Numbered from the stretch's first letter, positions 12,233-25,626 are shown. The stretch is DNA of 64,000 nt from Malacoraja senta (GCA_038087875.1 CM075990.1:5148001-5212000); one strand, 5' to 3'. The notes: a model not told the origin generated them from the letters alone. Numbers and translations are program-made.

Positions 12233-15200
12233 GTTTTTTCCAGTCAATGGTTAACATTTTTCAGGGGAGATGGACAAATTCGCAGCATTCTTAGAAGTAT
12301 ATTTAACAACATTTAGGGACCAGGAATTGGAATGTATGGAGGGTAGGACAAAGGCTTTATTATATGGGTTGAAGTGCATTGGCCAGCAGAATGACATTAG
12401 AACCCACCTGAAAGAAAGTACCGCAGGTGCAGGAGGTGTGAAATAAAATCAGAAAAGATAGTGTAGATCATTAGAACTTTTCCCCAGCGTGTGGGGACCG
12501 CTGTGAGAACAATGGAGGGCCCGGCTTGGGAAGGGGGGGGGGGGGAAATGGGGGGGGACTCTAGTTTTAGAATCCTCTGCTCAAGGAATAAGCCTGCGTT
12601 CGTTTGTTTGTTCGTTCCGGTTAAAGGGCCTGTCCCACTTGGGCGTCATTTGCACGTCATTTACATGATATCATTTACACATCATTACGCATGCATGGTG
12701 AGTGGTGAGACGTGGTGGCGTAGGCAGGATTTTGGGTTTCACAAGATCTTCGCGCGCCACCTGCGTGACGCGCCAATGACACCCGTGGGATAGGCCCTTA
12801 AGGCGCTGTGCACACGACAGCCTGCCAACAGTTACTTGTCATTTTCTTCTTTATTCGCTTTTAATTTTATTTTAATTTCAACTTTTCGTGTATCTTGTTG
12901 TGGGTTAGGACTGTTGACAGACCAATTTCCCTCCGGAGATGAATAGAGTTCTATCGCATCATATCAAAAGATTTGAAGGGACAAGGTTAAGGTGAGAGAG
13001 GTAGAGTTTAAAGATGGAGCAGTATTTTCTACACAGAGAGTAGTGGGTGCCTGGAGCGTTGCCAGGGGTGGTGGTGGAGGCAGACACAAGAGTGACATTT
13101 ATGAGGCTTTTAAATAGATACATGGGTATGCAGGGAATGGAGGGATATGCATTGTGTGCCGGTAGATGAGATTAGTTTAACTTGGCATTATGTTCAGCAC
13201 AGACTTTGTGGGCTGAAGGACTTGTCATGTGCGATATTGTTCTATGTTCCATGTTCTGTCTAAAAATCAGTAATTGCTCAACAGAGCTTTCCTACCAGAA
13301 GCTTTCATCAGAGTTGCAAAATATTCCTGTTGCAACAAGTTTTAAACAAAGGTGGAAAGTGGTGGGAAGTTGCGCTGTGGAGAGAGAAACAGAATGTGGG
13401 GCCAGCAGAAACACTACAACAACTGCGTTCATATATAAACTCATAGAGTCATACAGCATGGAAACAGGCCCTTTGGCCCAACTTGTCTATGCAGATCAAC
13501 AATCCCCATCTAAGCTGGTCCCATTTGCTGCCATTGTACCTATACAATTGTCTTTTTAATGCTGTTATCGTACCTGCCTCAACTACCTCCTCTGGCAGCT
13601 TGTTCCATGTACCCACCACCCCCTACACAATGGGCACTGGAAACTTCGAATGAAGATAGGAAATGCTGGAAGTACTCAGCAGGCAGTAAGCATTGATTAA
13701 TAAAAACAAAGATAACATCTCATGTTACAGTGGTGCAGCTGGTAGAGCTGCCGCTGATGTCTGTGAGGAATTTGTACATGAGGTTTTTTTTGGATGCTCT
13801 AATTTCCCAAAGACCTGCGGATCGGTAGGCTGTTTGGCCCTACAAATTGCTCGCAGGTTGTAGATGTGGTGGAATTTGAGGAGAATATGTGATAATTTAT
13901 TAAATATGTGTGGTTGGTATAAATGGTGTTGGTGTAGGAAGGAACTGCAGATGTTGGTTTAAACCGAAGATAGACACAAAAAGCTGGGGTAACCCAGCGG
14001 GACAGGCAGTATCTCGGGAGAGAAGGAATGGGTGACGTTTTGGGTCAAGACTCTTCTTCAGACTTCAGACAAATGGTGTTTGATGGTTTTGCAGACTCAG
14101 TGGGCTGAAGGGCCTGTTTCTGTGTAGGATATCTCTATTTCTAAATCAGTTGACTTTGGAAGGCTGCTATGTGCTATCGGCATCTGTATCTGCACCAGCA
14201 TCTACAGTTCCAACATACACATGTCATGTGCTATCTGGCACGAGCTGTGGGCAGGGAAGTCTGTTGGGGTCGGTCTGACAATGTAAATAACAATGCAAAC
14301 GTGTGGAGTCAGGCTTGTGAAGAGTAAGGAGTTGATCTGTAGAGTGGTCACACAATGTAAGTGGCAATGGCAGCATAAACGCTTGCGAAGTATGGAGGAT
14401 GACAAAAATACAGATATATCTCAGATTAATCTGGGGGGTCTACATGGATCCCATTCCACCATCCCAATAGTCGATACAAAATCATCTTATACCATGGGCT
14501 CCAAGGCTGTGCCTTGACTGGGCTTTCCTTACTCTTGGTAATTGGTCTTAAGGGCCAGTCCCACTTGGCCGTCATTTACGCGTAACTTACGCGACATCAT
14601 TTACGCGTCACAACGCACGACGCGCGCGTTGTGACACGCACGTGATGCGCGCATGGGACGCCTTACACGCGCATGGTGCATGGTGACGTAGGCAGTGACG
14701 CGCGTTAGTGCCCGGCTCCCCAGGATTTTGGTATGTACAAAATCTTCGCGCGCCATCTGCGTGACGCGCAAATGACGGCCAAGTGGGACAGGCCCTGTTC
14801 CAGGAGACTTGGGTTTGGGGTGACTGGAGGTGGGGATGTGGTGAGGATAATGGGATTGGTTACGTTGTGAATAGCTTCCCCACTCTATGACGAGAGGTAC
14901 CAGCAACTTATTTCCAGTCCCTTGACTTTTGGCTCCTTTTCCCTGAGAGAGGTTGCATGAGATTGTTCCAAAGAGCAGGCGTCATCTCGTAATGCCCTGG
15001 CCTAGTCTAGTTCAGTCTATGTCACTCAGTACATTCTGACTGTTATACCCTCGCCAACTGTGGGAGTGTTTTCACCATGTATTATAATTAATATAACACT
15101 TTGGTTTTTGGGAGTCCAGCACCTTAGGATATCCTGGGGTCGTGAGTGCTGATAACAAATGCATGGTTTTACTGAAGAGAGACTCAAAAAGCTGGAGTAA

Positions 15201-17040
15201 CTCAACGGGACAGCCCGCATCCCTGGAGAGAAGTAATGGGTGACGTTTCAGGTCGAGACCCTTCCTCAGACTGAGTGTAAGGGGAGAGGAAGACACAGAG
15301 ATAAGGAATGGTAAGGTGTGAAAACGTGACATCAAAGGAGATGTGGGTTAATGAAAATGTAAGAAAGGGTGACAACGAAGCATACAGAGATAAAACATAA
15401 TCAGGGGGACAGTCAGACTGGTCAGAGAACTAGGAAGGGGGAGCAATGGAGAGAGTGGGAAAGCAAGGGTTACTTGAAGTTAGAGAAGTCCTGTCCTGTT
15501 GAGTTACTCCAGCATTTTGTGTCTATCAATAAATATTCATATTGTTGGGGTGTTAGCTGCCCAAGCGAAATAAGATTCACGTGTGTTGTGCTTTACTAGA
15601 GTCACAGAGAAGAAGGGTCTCGACACAAAACGTCACCCATTCCTTTTCTCCAGAGATGCTGCATGACCCGCAGAGTCACTACAGCTTTTTGTGTCTATCT
15701 TCTGATGTGCTTCACGTTCCATTGACTTTCCTGCCACACCTTCTCTTCTTGCTCAACGGTCGCATTAGAGTTTCTTCCTTCCCAGGCTCTCCATGGATGG
15801 GGCAGTAGCTGAAATAAAGATCAGGCAACAAGGACAGTGAGGGGGAGCGGGTCCCATTGATTGCACATCCCGTGAGTTGGGACCATCGCAAACATACTTT
15901 ACCAAGGGAAGGTACAAGATGCTGGAGTAGCTCCGCGGGTCAAGCAGCATCTCAGGAGAACATGGACAGGTGACGGGTCGGGTCGGGCCCTTCTTCAGAC
16001 TGAGGCCTTATTTCAGCAGACACCTTACCATTGTATCCACAGGCTTATACCTCAATGAGTTCTGGGCACACCATGACGTGGAGCCTCTGTCTACAGGCAT
16101 TTTTTGCTGGTTAAGACTCATTGCAGTCCAGTGACGGCCCCATCTCCCGTCACCAACTTCATGGACCTCTCCCCCTTGCCGGCCTTCGACCCTCTCTGGA
16201 TCTTTTTACTAGCTACATTTCACCAATGAGCCCAAGCTGCACATAAATCCCAGATGTCTCCACATGGCGGTGCTGTTTCCCTCTGTACGCTCCAACTGTT
16301 TGGTTTTGAGGGCAAGGAATTTATTGTTACGTCCACTAGATGGAGATTGGTCTCTATAGCTCTCCACGCTGGCTGTTGTGGGGGGTCACATGGGTGGCAG
16401 TCAGCAAGTGACCAGAAAAGGAACATTTAAGGGAATAAAACGAACTGTTGATAAATTCAAGATAGACAAAGCCTGGCAAGTGATAGGTGTGTAAAGGTGA
16501 AGGGGGTTGTGACCAGCAGATGGGTGGACGATGGCTGGAGGTGGAAAGAAGACAAAAAGGCATTAGATAAACCGAGAATCGGAGTGAAGTGTAAAGGCAG
16601 AGGGAGGGATATTGGTGGAAGAGGATGGGAATGAAAGAGGGACAAGATAGTGGGAAGAATGGGTGCGCACCTGGTGGGGGCACAGGAAAGATAGAAGGGG
16701 AAAGGGAACTATTATTTAAAATTGGAGAATTCCATGTTCATGCCGTTGTGAGCTACCCAAACAGAATATGGGGCGCTGTTCCTCTAGTTTGCGTGAAGTC
16801 TCACTTGAGCCAGTGACCCCGACGCAAACTAGAGGAACAGCACCATATATTTAGTTTGGGTAGCTTACAACCCAACGGTGTGAACATTGAAACATAGAAA
16901 CATAGAAAATAGGTGCAGGAGTAGGCCATTCGGCCCCTCGAGCCAGCAATATGATAATGGCTGATCATCCGAAATCAGTGCCCCGTTCCTGCTTTCTCCC
17001 CATATCCCTTGATTCCGTTAAGCCTAAGAGCTATATCTAA

Positions 17041-17263
17041 AGGGCTTGTCCCACGGGCGTCATTTGCGCATCATTTACGCGACATCATTTATGCGTGCGT
17101 CGTGACGTGCATGGCGTGCATTACGCGTGCATGGCGCATGGTGAGACGTAGGCAGTGACCGCGTGGTTGCGTGCGGCGCCCCAGGATTTTGGGATTCACA
17201 AAATCTTCGTGCGCTCACCATGGCGTAATGATGCGCAAATGACGGTCAAGTGAGACAGGCCCT
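17041..17263. mobile_element. PIF/Harbinger-like MITE (family also at 12625-12798 and 14551-14796)
   Basis: TIR AGGGC(C/T)TGTCCCAC; TAA TSD, confirmed because removal restores the host CR1 tail (gctatatctaa|ctct). Confidence 0.85.
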
Positions 17264-17412
17264 TAACTCTACCTTGAATACATGGTATTGAATTCAATAC
17301 CAGCTTATCTGTGAAAAACAGAGGCACTGTGTACACTGCATATGAAAGCGAAGATGTTGCAGAGATGACATTGAAGCAAACTCATGTGACTGAGGTACGT
17401 TGCTGTTGCCGT

Positions 17413-17816
17413 CAAAGATCTAATAGCAGAGCAAGATAGACCACTCCTTCTAAATGCAATGGGCTGACGTGTAGTACGCAACGGAACGGAACGTGGGCCC
17501 TTTTTTTCATCCATTTCAGTAACCCGACCCGACCCGACTCGCAGTGTAATCAACGTTGCGGGGGAACAGTTTGTGTTAATAAATTATAATTCTGAAAATG
17601 AGGAGAAGATTTTTACCAAAGAACTTTTATTTTTACTAGGATGTTTCCGTAACCGGCTTCCATCTCCGCACTAGTATCTTTGCTCCGCTATGGGATCTTT
17701 GGTGCGAAGACGGAAGCCGGTTATGAAAATGGGGCTGAAAATTACCCATGAATCTGACCATGACCGTACTACGTCTTTTTCGTCGAGTGGGAATCTTGCT
17801 CGCTATAGGGTCTTTG
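17413..17816. mobile_element. P-element-like MITE
   Basis: Imperfect TIR CAAAGATCTAATAGCAGAGCAAGAT / ATCTTGCTCGCTATAGGGTCTTTG; perfect 8-bp TSD GTTGCCGT; CANAG termini suggest the P superfamily. Confidence 0.75.
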
Positions 17817-20800
17817 GTTGCCGTTAGTAGTGGTTCATTTACATACAAAGTAATTAGAGACGTGTCAAGAGTTAGGCTTCCTGTTCACAGGTTGACTCAA
17901 GGTCTAGAAGGCAAATTTGAATGACTGGACAACACAGCTGCAGTGAGGGAGATGAGAGTTTTAGAAACTCCCCAGAAATGGCCCTTAAAGGTTTGGCATG
18001 TGAAGAAAATATACGTCAACTGAAAGACCAATCAAGACTCATCGCTCTGCCGTTTGTAGGAATCAAAATACATACAGATGTCAGTCTTCTGAATATAATA
18101 TTATCATGGGAGCTCACTCAGTGGGTGTCCATAATTTGGGCACTTTTAATCCAGGGACAGCCTGTAAATAGGACATTGACAGGCTGTATTCTGCCTGCCC
18201 TGGACCTTTGACATAACTTAAAATCATTACAATAATCAAAGATAGACACAAAAAGCTGGAGTAACAGCGGGACAGGCAGCATTCCCGGAGAGAAGGAATC
18301 GGTGATGTTTCGGGTCGACGCCCTTCTTCAGACTGAGTTACACCAGCAATTTGTGTCCTTTTGTGTATTAACCAGCATCTCCAGTTCTGCACTCTGTCTG
18401 GACCACTTCACTAACTGGAACTTTCCCCTATCTGAAACTACTGGCAGTATGAAGCAGTCCTTTGGCTGAAACTTTGCCTGTGATCTTTGGCTTCTCAGGA
18501 CCTTGGGTTTCGGGACCTTTCTGTTCTGGCACCTTTTTCTCTAGCCTTGGTCTCCAGGCCCCATTTTGTGCTTGTGCTGTATTTTGTCTGCAATGTTTAA
18601 TTGTTTTGGTATCTCCTGTGCCTGGGTCAATTTGTTATCTGTGATTTTCTTTTCTGCTCCCTGGATTAAGGAAGTGTGTCCTATATATTCTGAGCAGGGA
18701 GATGCGTTTCAGGGAAGTGTCGATATACATCAGTGTCTGAGGCAATGTTGGTGCTCGGGGAGGGATTAAGAATGATAAAGGAGGTGTGTTGATATACACG
18801 AGCAATGAGACTTGGCAGGAACAGGAGTCGTCCATACACAAAAAGAACTGTCGTCAAAAGAAAGCAAATGACAAAATATGTTGAAAAAGCAGACAGCAGT
18901 TGTGTAGGATTCATTCAATGCAATTATACGTGAAGCCTTGGACTGAAGCATTTTGCAAAGTTCTAAATTAAATTGTGTAGAAAGGAACTGCAGATGCTGG
19001 TTTATACCATAGACCATTATATACCATTATATACCATGGTATATACCATTATACCAAGTGCTGGTGTAACTCAGCGGGTCAGGCAGCATCTCTGGAGGAA
19101 AAGGATGGGTGGCGTTTTAGGCCAGGACTCTTCTTCAGACTTCTAAGAACTCCTTCAGACTTCTAAATTGTATTGACGAGTTCAAGGGAAATTGTAATCA
19201 GTCTGATCACAGAGGCTTAGGAATACATTTAGCTTAAGCGAGAAATCTAATTATCTCAAATGCAGGGATGTGTTATCAACCAGACATTACTAGCCACATC
19301 ACATCAGCAGTTTTAGTTTAGTTATAGTTTTGAAGATGCAGCATGGTAACAGGACCTTCAGCCCACCTACATCCTCATCCACTCCCTACCCAATTTACAG
19401 AGGCCATTTAACCTACAAACCTGCACGTCTTTGAGATGTGGGAAGAAACTGGAGCACGGGGAGGAAATCCCCGTGGTCATAGGGAGAACGTGCAAACTAT
19501 AGACAGAACCCGAGGCTGGGATTGAACCTGGGTCTCTGATGCTGTGAGGCAGCAGCTCTACCAGTTGCCTCACTGTGCCAGACACTGGTCACATCGCACC
19601 AGCAATCCCCACCCCTTTGCACCAGTAGTCACTGGTAACATCACTAGCAACATAGAAAGGCATAGATAGTGTGGATGTGGAAAGGATGTTTCCACTGGTG
19701 GGAGAGTCTAGGACCAGAGGTCATAGTCTCAGAATTAAAGGGTGCTCTTTTAGAAAGGAGGTGAGGAGGAACTTCTTTACTCAGAGGGTAGATAATCTGT
19801 GGAACATTGCCACAGAGGGCTGTGGAGGCCAAGTCAGTGGATATTTTTAAAGGCAGATTCTAGATTAGAACATGTGTCAAGGGTTATGGGGAGAAGGCAG
19901 GAAAATGGGATTAGGAGGCAGAGATCAGCCATGATTGAATGGCGGAGTGGACTCGATGGGCCGAATGGCCTAATTCTACTCCTATAACTTGTGAACATCA
20001 TTAGTGGGGCGGTACAGCAAGCTGCTGCCTTACAGCGTCACACACCCGAGTTTGATCCTGACTATGGGTACTGTCTGTACAGAGTTTGTACCTTCTCCCC
20101 GTGGCTGTGTGGGCTTTCTCCCGATGCTCTGGTTTCCTCCCACATTCCAAAGACCGGTGGGTTTGTAGGTTAATTGGCTTCTGTAAAGTGTCTCTGGTGC
20201 ATAGAATAGAACTAGTGTATAGGTGATTGTTGGTTGGCGTGGACTCAGTGGGCAGAAGGGCCTGTTTCCATGCTGTATCTATAAACTAAACTGAACTATC
20301 ACTAATCATTGATCATTTCACACCAGCAATCACTAGTCACAATACATCAGCAGTCACTAGCCACATCACACAACAGTCACTAGTCACATCAGTGACCACA
20401 TCACACAACAGAAGGATGAGGGGTGATCTTATAGAAACATATATAATTATAAAAGGACTGGACAAGCTAGATGCAGGAAAAATGTTCCCAATGTTGGGCG
20501 AGTCCAGAACCAGGGGCCACAGTCTTAGAATAAAGGGGAGGCCATTTAGGACTGAGGTGAGAAAAAACGTTTTTCATCCATTATGGAATTATGGAATTCC
20601 CTGTCACAGAGGGCAGTGGAGGCCAAATCACTGGATGGATTTAAGAGAGAGTTAGATAGAGCTCTAGGGGCTAGTGGAGTCAAGGGATATGGGGAGAAGG
20701 CAGGCACGGGTTATTGATTGGGGATGATCAGCCATGATCACAATGAATGGCGGTGCTGGTTCGAAGGGCCGAATGGCCTCCTCCTGCACCTATTTTCTAT

Positions 20801-20837
20801 GTTTCTAACAGTCACTAGCTACATCAGTGGCCACTTC

Positions 20838-21320
20838 ACACTAGCAGTCACAAGTTAGTTCACACTAGTAGTCACTAGTCAGTTCACACTAGCAGTCACT
20901 AATGAGTTCACACTAGCAGTCACTAGTTAGTTCACACTAGTAGTCACTAGTCAGTTCACACTAGCAGTCACTAATGAGTTCACACTAGCAGTCACAAGTT
21001 AGTTCACACTAGTAGTCACTAGTCAGTTCACACTAGCAGTCACTAATGAGTTCACACTAGCAGTCACTAGTTAGTTCACACTAGTAGTCACTAGTCAGTT
21101 CACACTAGCAGTCACTAATGAGTTCACACTAGCAGTCACTAGTTAGTTCACACTAGTAGTCACTAGTCAGTTCACACTAGCAGTCACTAATGAGTTCACA
21201 CTAGCAGTCACTAGTCAGTTCACACTAGTAGTCACTGATGAGTTCACACTAGTAGTCACTAGTCAGTTCACACTAGCAGTCACTGATGAGTTCACACTAG
21301 CAGTCACTAGTCAGTTCACC
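20838..21320. repeat. 24-bp minisatellite (CACACTAGYAGTCACTARTNAGTT) with a 72-bp higher-order period
   Basis: About 20 units read directly, with three variants cycling in order. Confidence 0.95.
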
Positions 21321-23535
21321 CCAGCAGCCACTACCCACTGGCCACATCACGCCAGCAACACCTGACCGCCTCCGTTCCAGGAAGAAATGAATGACTTCCC
21401 GTCGGTTTGTGCCAGTTGGTTCCTATTTGCTGAGCCGCATCAGACAAGCCGCTGCCTGCCTGCAATTGGCCGCGTATCCATCAGGAGCTGTGGCGCCTTC
21501 CCCCGGCCGCAGTGAATGGAGAGAGAGAGTGAGGGAGGGAGGGAGGGAGGGAGGGAGAGTGAGAGAGAGAGAGGGAGAGGGAGAGGGAGAGGGAGAGGGA
21601 GGGAGAGAGGGAGGGAGAGAGGGGGCAGAGCACGATGACCCACAGTAACCCGGCCAGGGAGGCTGATGCAACGCTGTGACTGAGCCGGCAAGAGTGCACG
21701 TACACCCCGCTCTTGTACACAGCTCACACACACATCATGTGGGGAAATAACATCACCAGGCCAAACTGGTGAGGTGAGGAATGTGTCATCCTGGCCGCAG
21801 TCATTTAAATAATTGCCCATTACACATCGCACCACCGTTTTCTACTTTCAGGGCGGATCTCAGTCAGAGGAAAAGTTACAGAATTAACCAGCGAAACACA
21901 ACGTGCAGGATGACACACAGGGAACTGCAGGTGCTGGGATCTTCAGTAAAGCACAAAGTGCTGGAGTAACTCAGCCAGTCTCTCTCTCACTGCCCTTCCC
22001 TCTGTGATTCCGGCTCTCCCTCCCACCCTGTTCTGCCCCAGATTTGCCACTGCGGCCACCTGCGTTTCTACCTGTCCATTCGCCCCACAAATGCTGCCTG
22101 ACCTGCTGAGTTACTCCAGCACATGGGTTTGACTCAAGTACTGGAGGAACTCAGCAAGTCAGGCAGCAACAGGGGAGGGAATAGACGGGTGATATTTTGG
22201 GCCAGGAAAAAAAAAAGTCACAAAGTGCTGGAGCGACTCAGTGGGTCAAGCAGCATCTCTGGAGAACATGGATAGGTGATGTTTGGGGTGTGATGCTTCT
22301 GACCTCCCTTCCATCGAGGGGATCTATCGCAGTCGCTGCCTCAAAAAGGCTGGCAGCATCATCAAGGACCCACACCATCCTGGCCACACACTCATCTCCC
22401 TACTACCTTCAGGTAGAAGGTACAGGAGCCTGAAGACTGCAACGACCAGGTTCAGAAATAGCTACTTCCCCACAGCCATCAGGCTATTAAACTTGGCTCG
22501 GACAAAACTATGAACATTAATAGCCCATTATCTGTTATTTGCACTTTATCAGTCTATTTATTCATGTGTGTGTATATATTTATATACTGGTATATGGACA
22601 CACTGATCTGTTCTGTGGTCAATGCCTACTATGTTCTGTTGTGCTGAAGTAAAGCAAGAATTTCATTGTCCTATCTGGGACACATGACAATAAACTCTCT
22701 TGACTTGACGTCTTCAGACTGTCTGAAGAAGTGTCCCAACCTGAGACGTCACCTATCCATGTTATGCTTCTACACTGGGGTTTGGTTATTGTCTGTTACT
22801 GTGACTGAGCTTCAAGTAGACCCCGGTCGAATGAATTATTGGGTCCGTGTGTGCCCCTGTGTGGGTTTGTGCTTGCAGTATATGGGGCACTTGTTATAGG
22901 CCAATCTGTCTGTCCACATGTGCAGGAAGGAACTGCAGATGCAGGCTTACACCGATGATAGACACAAAATGCTGGAGTAACTCAGCGAGACAGACAGCAT
23001 CACTGGGGAAAATAAATAGGTGACGTTTCGGGTCGAGACCCTTCTTCAGACACCGTCTGAATTCCCTATTTCTTTTCTCCAGAGATGGCTCGACTGTAAT
23101 CATGTATTGTCTTTCCACTGTAGACAGAAATGCTAGAGAAACTCAGCGAGTAAGGCAGCATCTGTGGAGCGAAGGAAATGGGCAACGTTTCGGGCCGAAA
23201 CCCTTCTTCAGACTGATGTGAGGGTGGGGGGGGGGGGGGGGGGGAGGGAAATAAGAAAGGAAGAGGAGGAGCCAGTGGGCTGAGGGAGAGCTGGGAAGGG
23301 GAGGAGAAAGTAAGGACTACCTGAAATTAGAGAAGTCAATGTTCATACCGTTGGGGTCTTTCCACTGACTGGTTAGCACACAACAAAAGCTATTCACTGT
23401 ACCTCGGTACACGTGACAATAAAATGAAGTGAAGTGAAGTGACCCGCTGAGCCACTCCAGCATGGTGTGTCTATCTGGTTGTCCACATTTGTGGCTATCA
23501 GAGGATGGGGATACTGGAGAATGAATCTAGACAAT

Positions 23536-23601
23536 GGCCCCATAGCAGAAGCGTCCACGTCGCGGGGCTGGAATCTGGAAGTATCCTGAGCTAATTCTGC
23601 T
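23536..23601 (+). ncRNA. HDV-like self-cleaving ribozyme (double pseudoknot)
   Basis: P1 GGCCCC/GGGGCT (G1.U wobble); P2 AGCAGAA/TTCTGCT; P3 GCG/CGC; L3 TCCACGT; P1.1 CC/GG; P4 TCTGGA-agta-TCCTGA (one mismatch); J4/2 G-C-T-A-A with the catalytic C at 23591. Confidence 0.85.
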
Positions 23602-23729
23602 GCCTCCATCATCTACTGCCACAAGTGATGGCTTCCACTGATTGTCGCCGGAAGCTTGCGTCCTTTTCAGGACGGACAATGACAGCGAGGCCAACATTTG
23701 TAACAAGATGGACATGAAAAGAAGAAGAA
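23536..23729 (+). mobile_element. Short non-autonomous retroelement (RTE-like 3' end) headed by an HDV-like ribozyme
   Basis: TSD GAATCTAGACA at 23523-23533 and 23730-23740; (GAA)n tail; 3' end reads EANICNKMDMKRRR, reminiscent of RTE-clade ORF ends; no tRNA A/B boxes seen. Confidence 0.75.
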
Positions 23730-24996
23730 GAATCTAGACATGATTCAGATAATCCCCGTTATATGTAAAACCTGATCTACAAATCCATGGCTTCTTCTAA
23801 TTAGGTTCTCATCATGCTCTGCTTGGTGTTATTTGCTGACGTTGTGAAAACATCCCAGTACAAGAGCAAAATCAGAGGGGGGGGGGGTTATGATACGATA
23901 GAATTTTATTTATCCCAGGAGGGAAATTGATCTGCCAACAGTCATAAAAAACACAAAATACATGAAACATGAAATTAAAGTGACGAGTGGGAAGGCTTGG
24001 GGGATGTGCAAAGATTGAGGGGGGGTGGGGGGGGGGTGTGGAGAGGGGTGTCACTCAGTCTACCCCATAGCAGAAGGGGGAGGAGTTGTAGGATGCAGTT
24101 GAGTTGAAGGGCGAGAGGTTAGCTAAAATTGACGACTTCAATGTTCTTACCATTGGGTTGTTAGCTGTCCAAGTGGAATCTGAGGAGCTGTTCTTCCAAT
24201 TTGCATGTATCCTCACTCTAGCAATGGAGGAGGTCCAGGACGGAAAAGCCAGTGTGGGAATGGGAATGGGAATTAAAATGGGGGAGGCTGCTGCCTCACA
24301 TAGATATTACATATCTTCCAGTAAATTCAACACAGTCATTGCCCATTTATATTATGTCATAGATCATGCTGTACAGGGACAGGCCCTTCAGCCCATCAAG
24401 TCTGTGCCGAGCATTATCCGCCCATTTACCTTAATCCTACGCTCATGCTGTTTTATTCTTCCCATCAGTTCTCTCAGTTTCCACCACTCATTACAGTTAA
24501 TCTGCAGTGGTCAACTAACCTGCCAACCAAAATAGACACAAAGTGCCAATGTTTTCCAGGGATGCTGCCTGACTTGTCGAGTTCCCCAAGCAATTTGGGT
24601 CTTTTTTACTAAAACAGCGTCTACAGTTCCTTGTTTCTACAATCTGCCAACCACATGCCTTTGGAATATAGTACGGAGTATATCGGAGCAAGATCAGGAC
24701 CGAACCCGGGTCGCTGCAGTTGAGAAGCAGCAGCTCTAATTGTGTATCTCTGTGCCGCCCATGTATTATCCTAGAACATCTTGGAACAGTACCGTAGCTG
24801 GCAGAGCTGCTTCCTCACGGCACCATAGACCCGGACCTCGGGTAATGTCTGTGTGGAGTTTGCACATCCTCCCTGAGATTGTGTGGGTTTCCTCCAGGTG
24901 CTCAGGTTTCCTCCCACATCCAAAAGGATAATTGGGCTCTGTAAACTGTCCCGATTGTGTAGGGAGTGGATGAGAAAGTAGGATAACATAGAACCA

Positions 24997-25330
24997 GGGC
25001 GGCACAGCGGTAGAGTTGCTGCCGTACAGCGCCAGAGACCCAGCTTCGATCCCGACTACGGGTGCTGTCTGTACGTAGTTTGTACGTTCTCCCCGTGACT
25101 GCGTGGGTTTTCTCAGAGTTATTCGGTTTCCTCCCACACTACAAAGATGTACAGGTTTGTAGGTAAAATTGGCTCGGTAAAAATGTAAATTGTCCCTAGT
25201 GTGTGTAGGATAATGGTATTGTGCGGGGATCGCTGGTCAGTGCTCATGGGAATGGGTGACCAATAGTTAGCGTGGAATTAGTCGGCTGAAGCGCCTGTTT
25301 CCATACTGTATCTCTAAATTCTAAACGAAA
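24997..25330 (+). mobile_element. tRNA-derived V-SINE (HE1-like), representative copy; more than 15 copies in the window
   Basis: A-box-like ggcacagcggtag, B-box-like ttcgatccc, V-domain gtttgtacgttctccccgtg...ggtttcctcccacac and a CR1-like tail ...cctgtttcc...ctgtatctctaaa. Others near 8328, 19310, 20017, 30617, 32935, 40900, 42410, 44755, 48930, 53836, 54974, 55543 and 60968. Confidence 0.88.
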
Positions 25331-25626
25331 CATCCCGGCTGCTTAAACGCATTGGGAATATGATTCCATACCATCTGACCATCCTAGCTCACATCTTCAG
25401 CCTTCCCAGCTTCTCTGTGTCTTCATAGTAACTATCACTGATTGAATACGATTATGTAAACTCTTTGGCCAGAGTCTGGAGCTAGGAAGCATAACGTTAG
25501 GAATGGCAATAAATGCAATCAGTAGATAAATAAGAAGCACAAAGTATGACGTGATCGAGATTAAGCTCGATGTGCAAGAGATGGTACACGATAGGGGGGT
25601 TATGGTGAGATGAAGAGGGTTGGGAG

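Noticed and set aside
14200..18960. Unique-looking segments between repeats that might be decayed coding sequence (e.g. ...YCPIHG..., ...EKKVPEQKGPETQGPEKPK...)
   Set aside because: The frames I tried contain stops and no recognisable domain or consistent splice pattern; a tBLASTx search would be needed to say more.
20838..21320. CRISPR-like regular array
   Set aside because: No unique spacers and a eukaryotic context; it is a plain minisatellite. The same applies to 38971-39540.
24997..25065. tRNA gene
   Set aside because: The A/B-box-like motifs belong to the tRNA-derived head of a SINE and run on into the V-domain and LINE-like tail.
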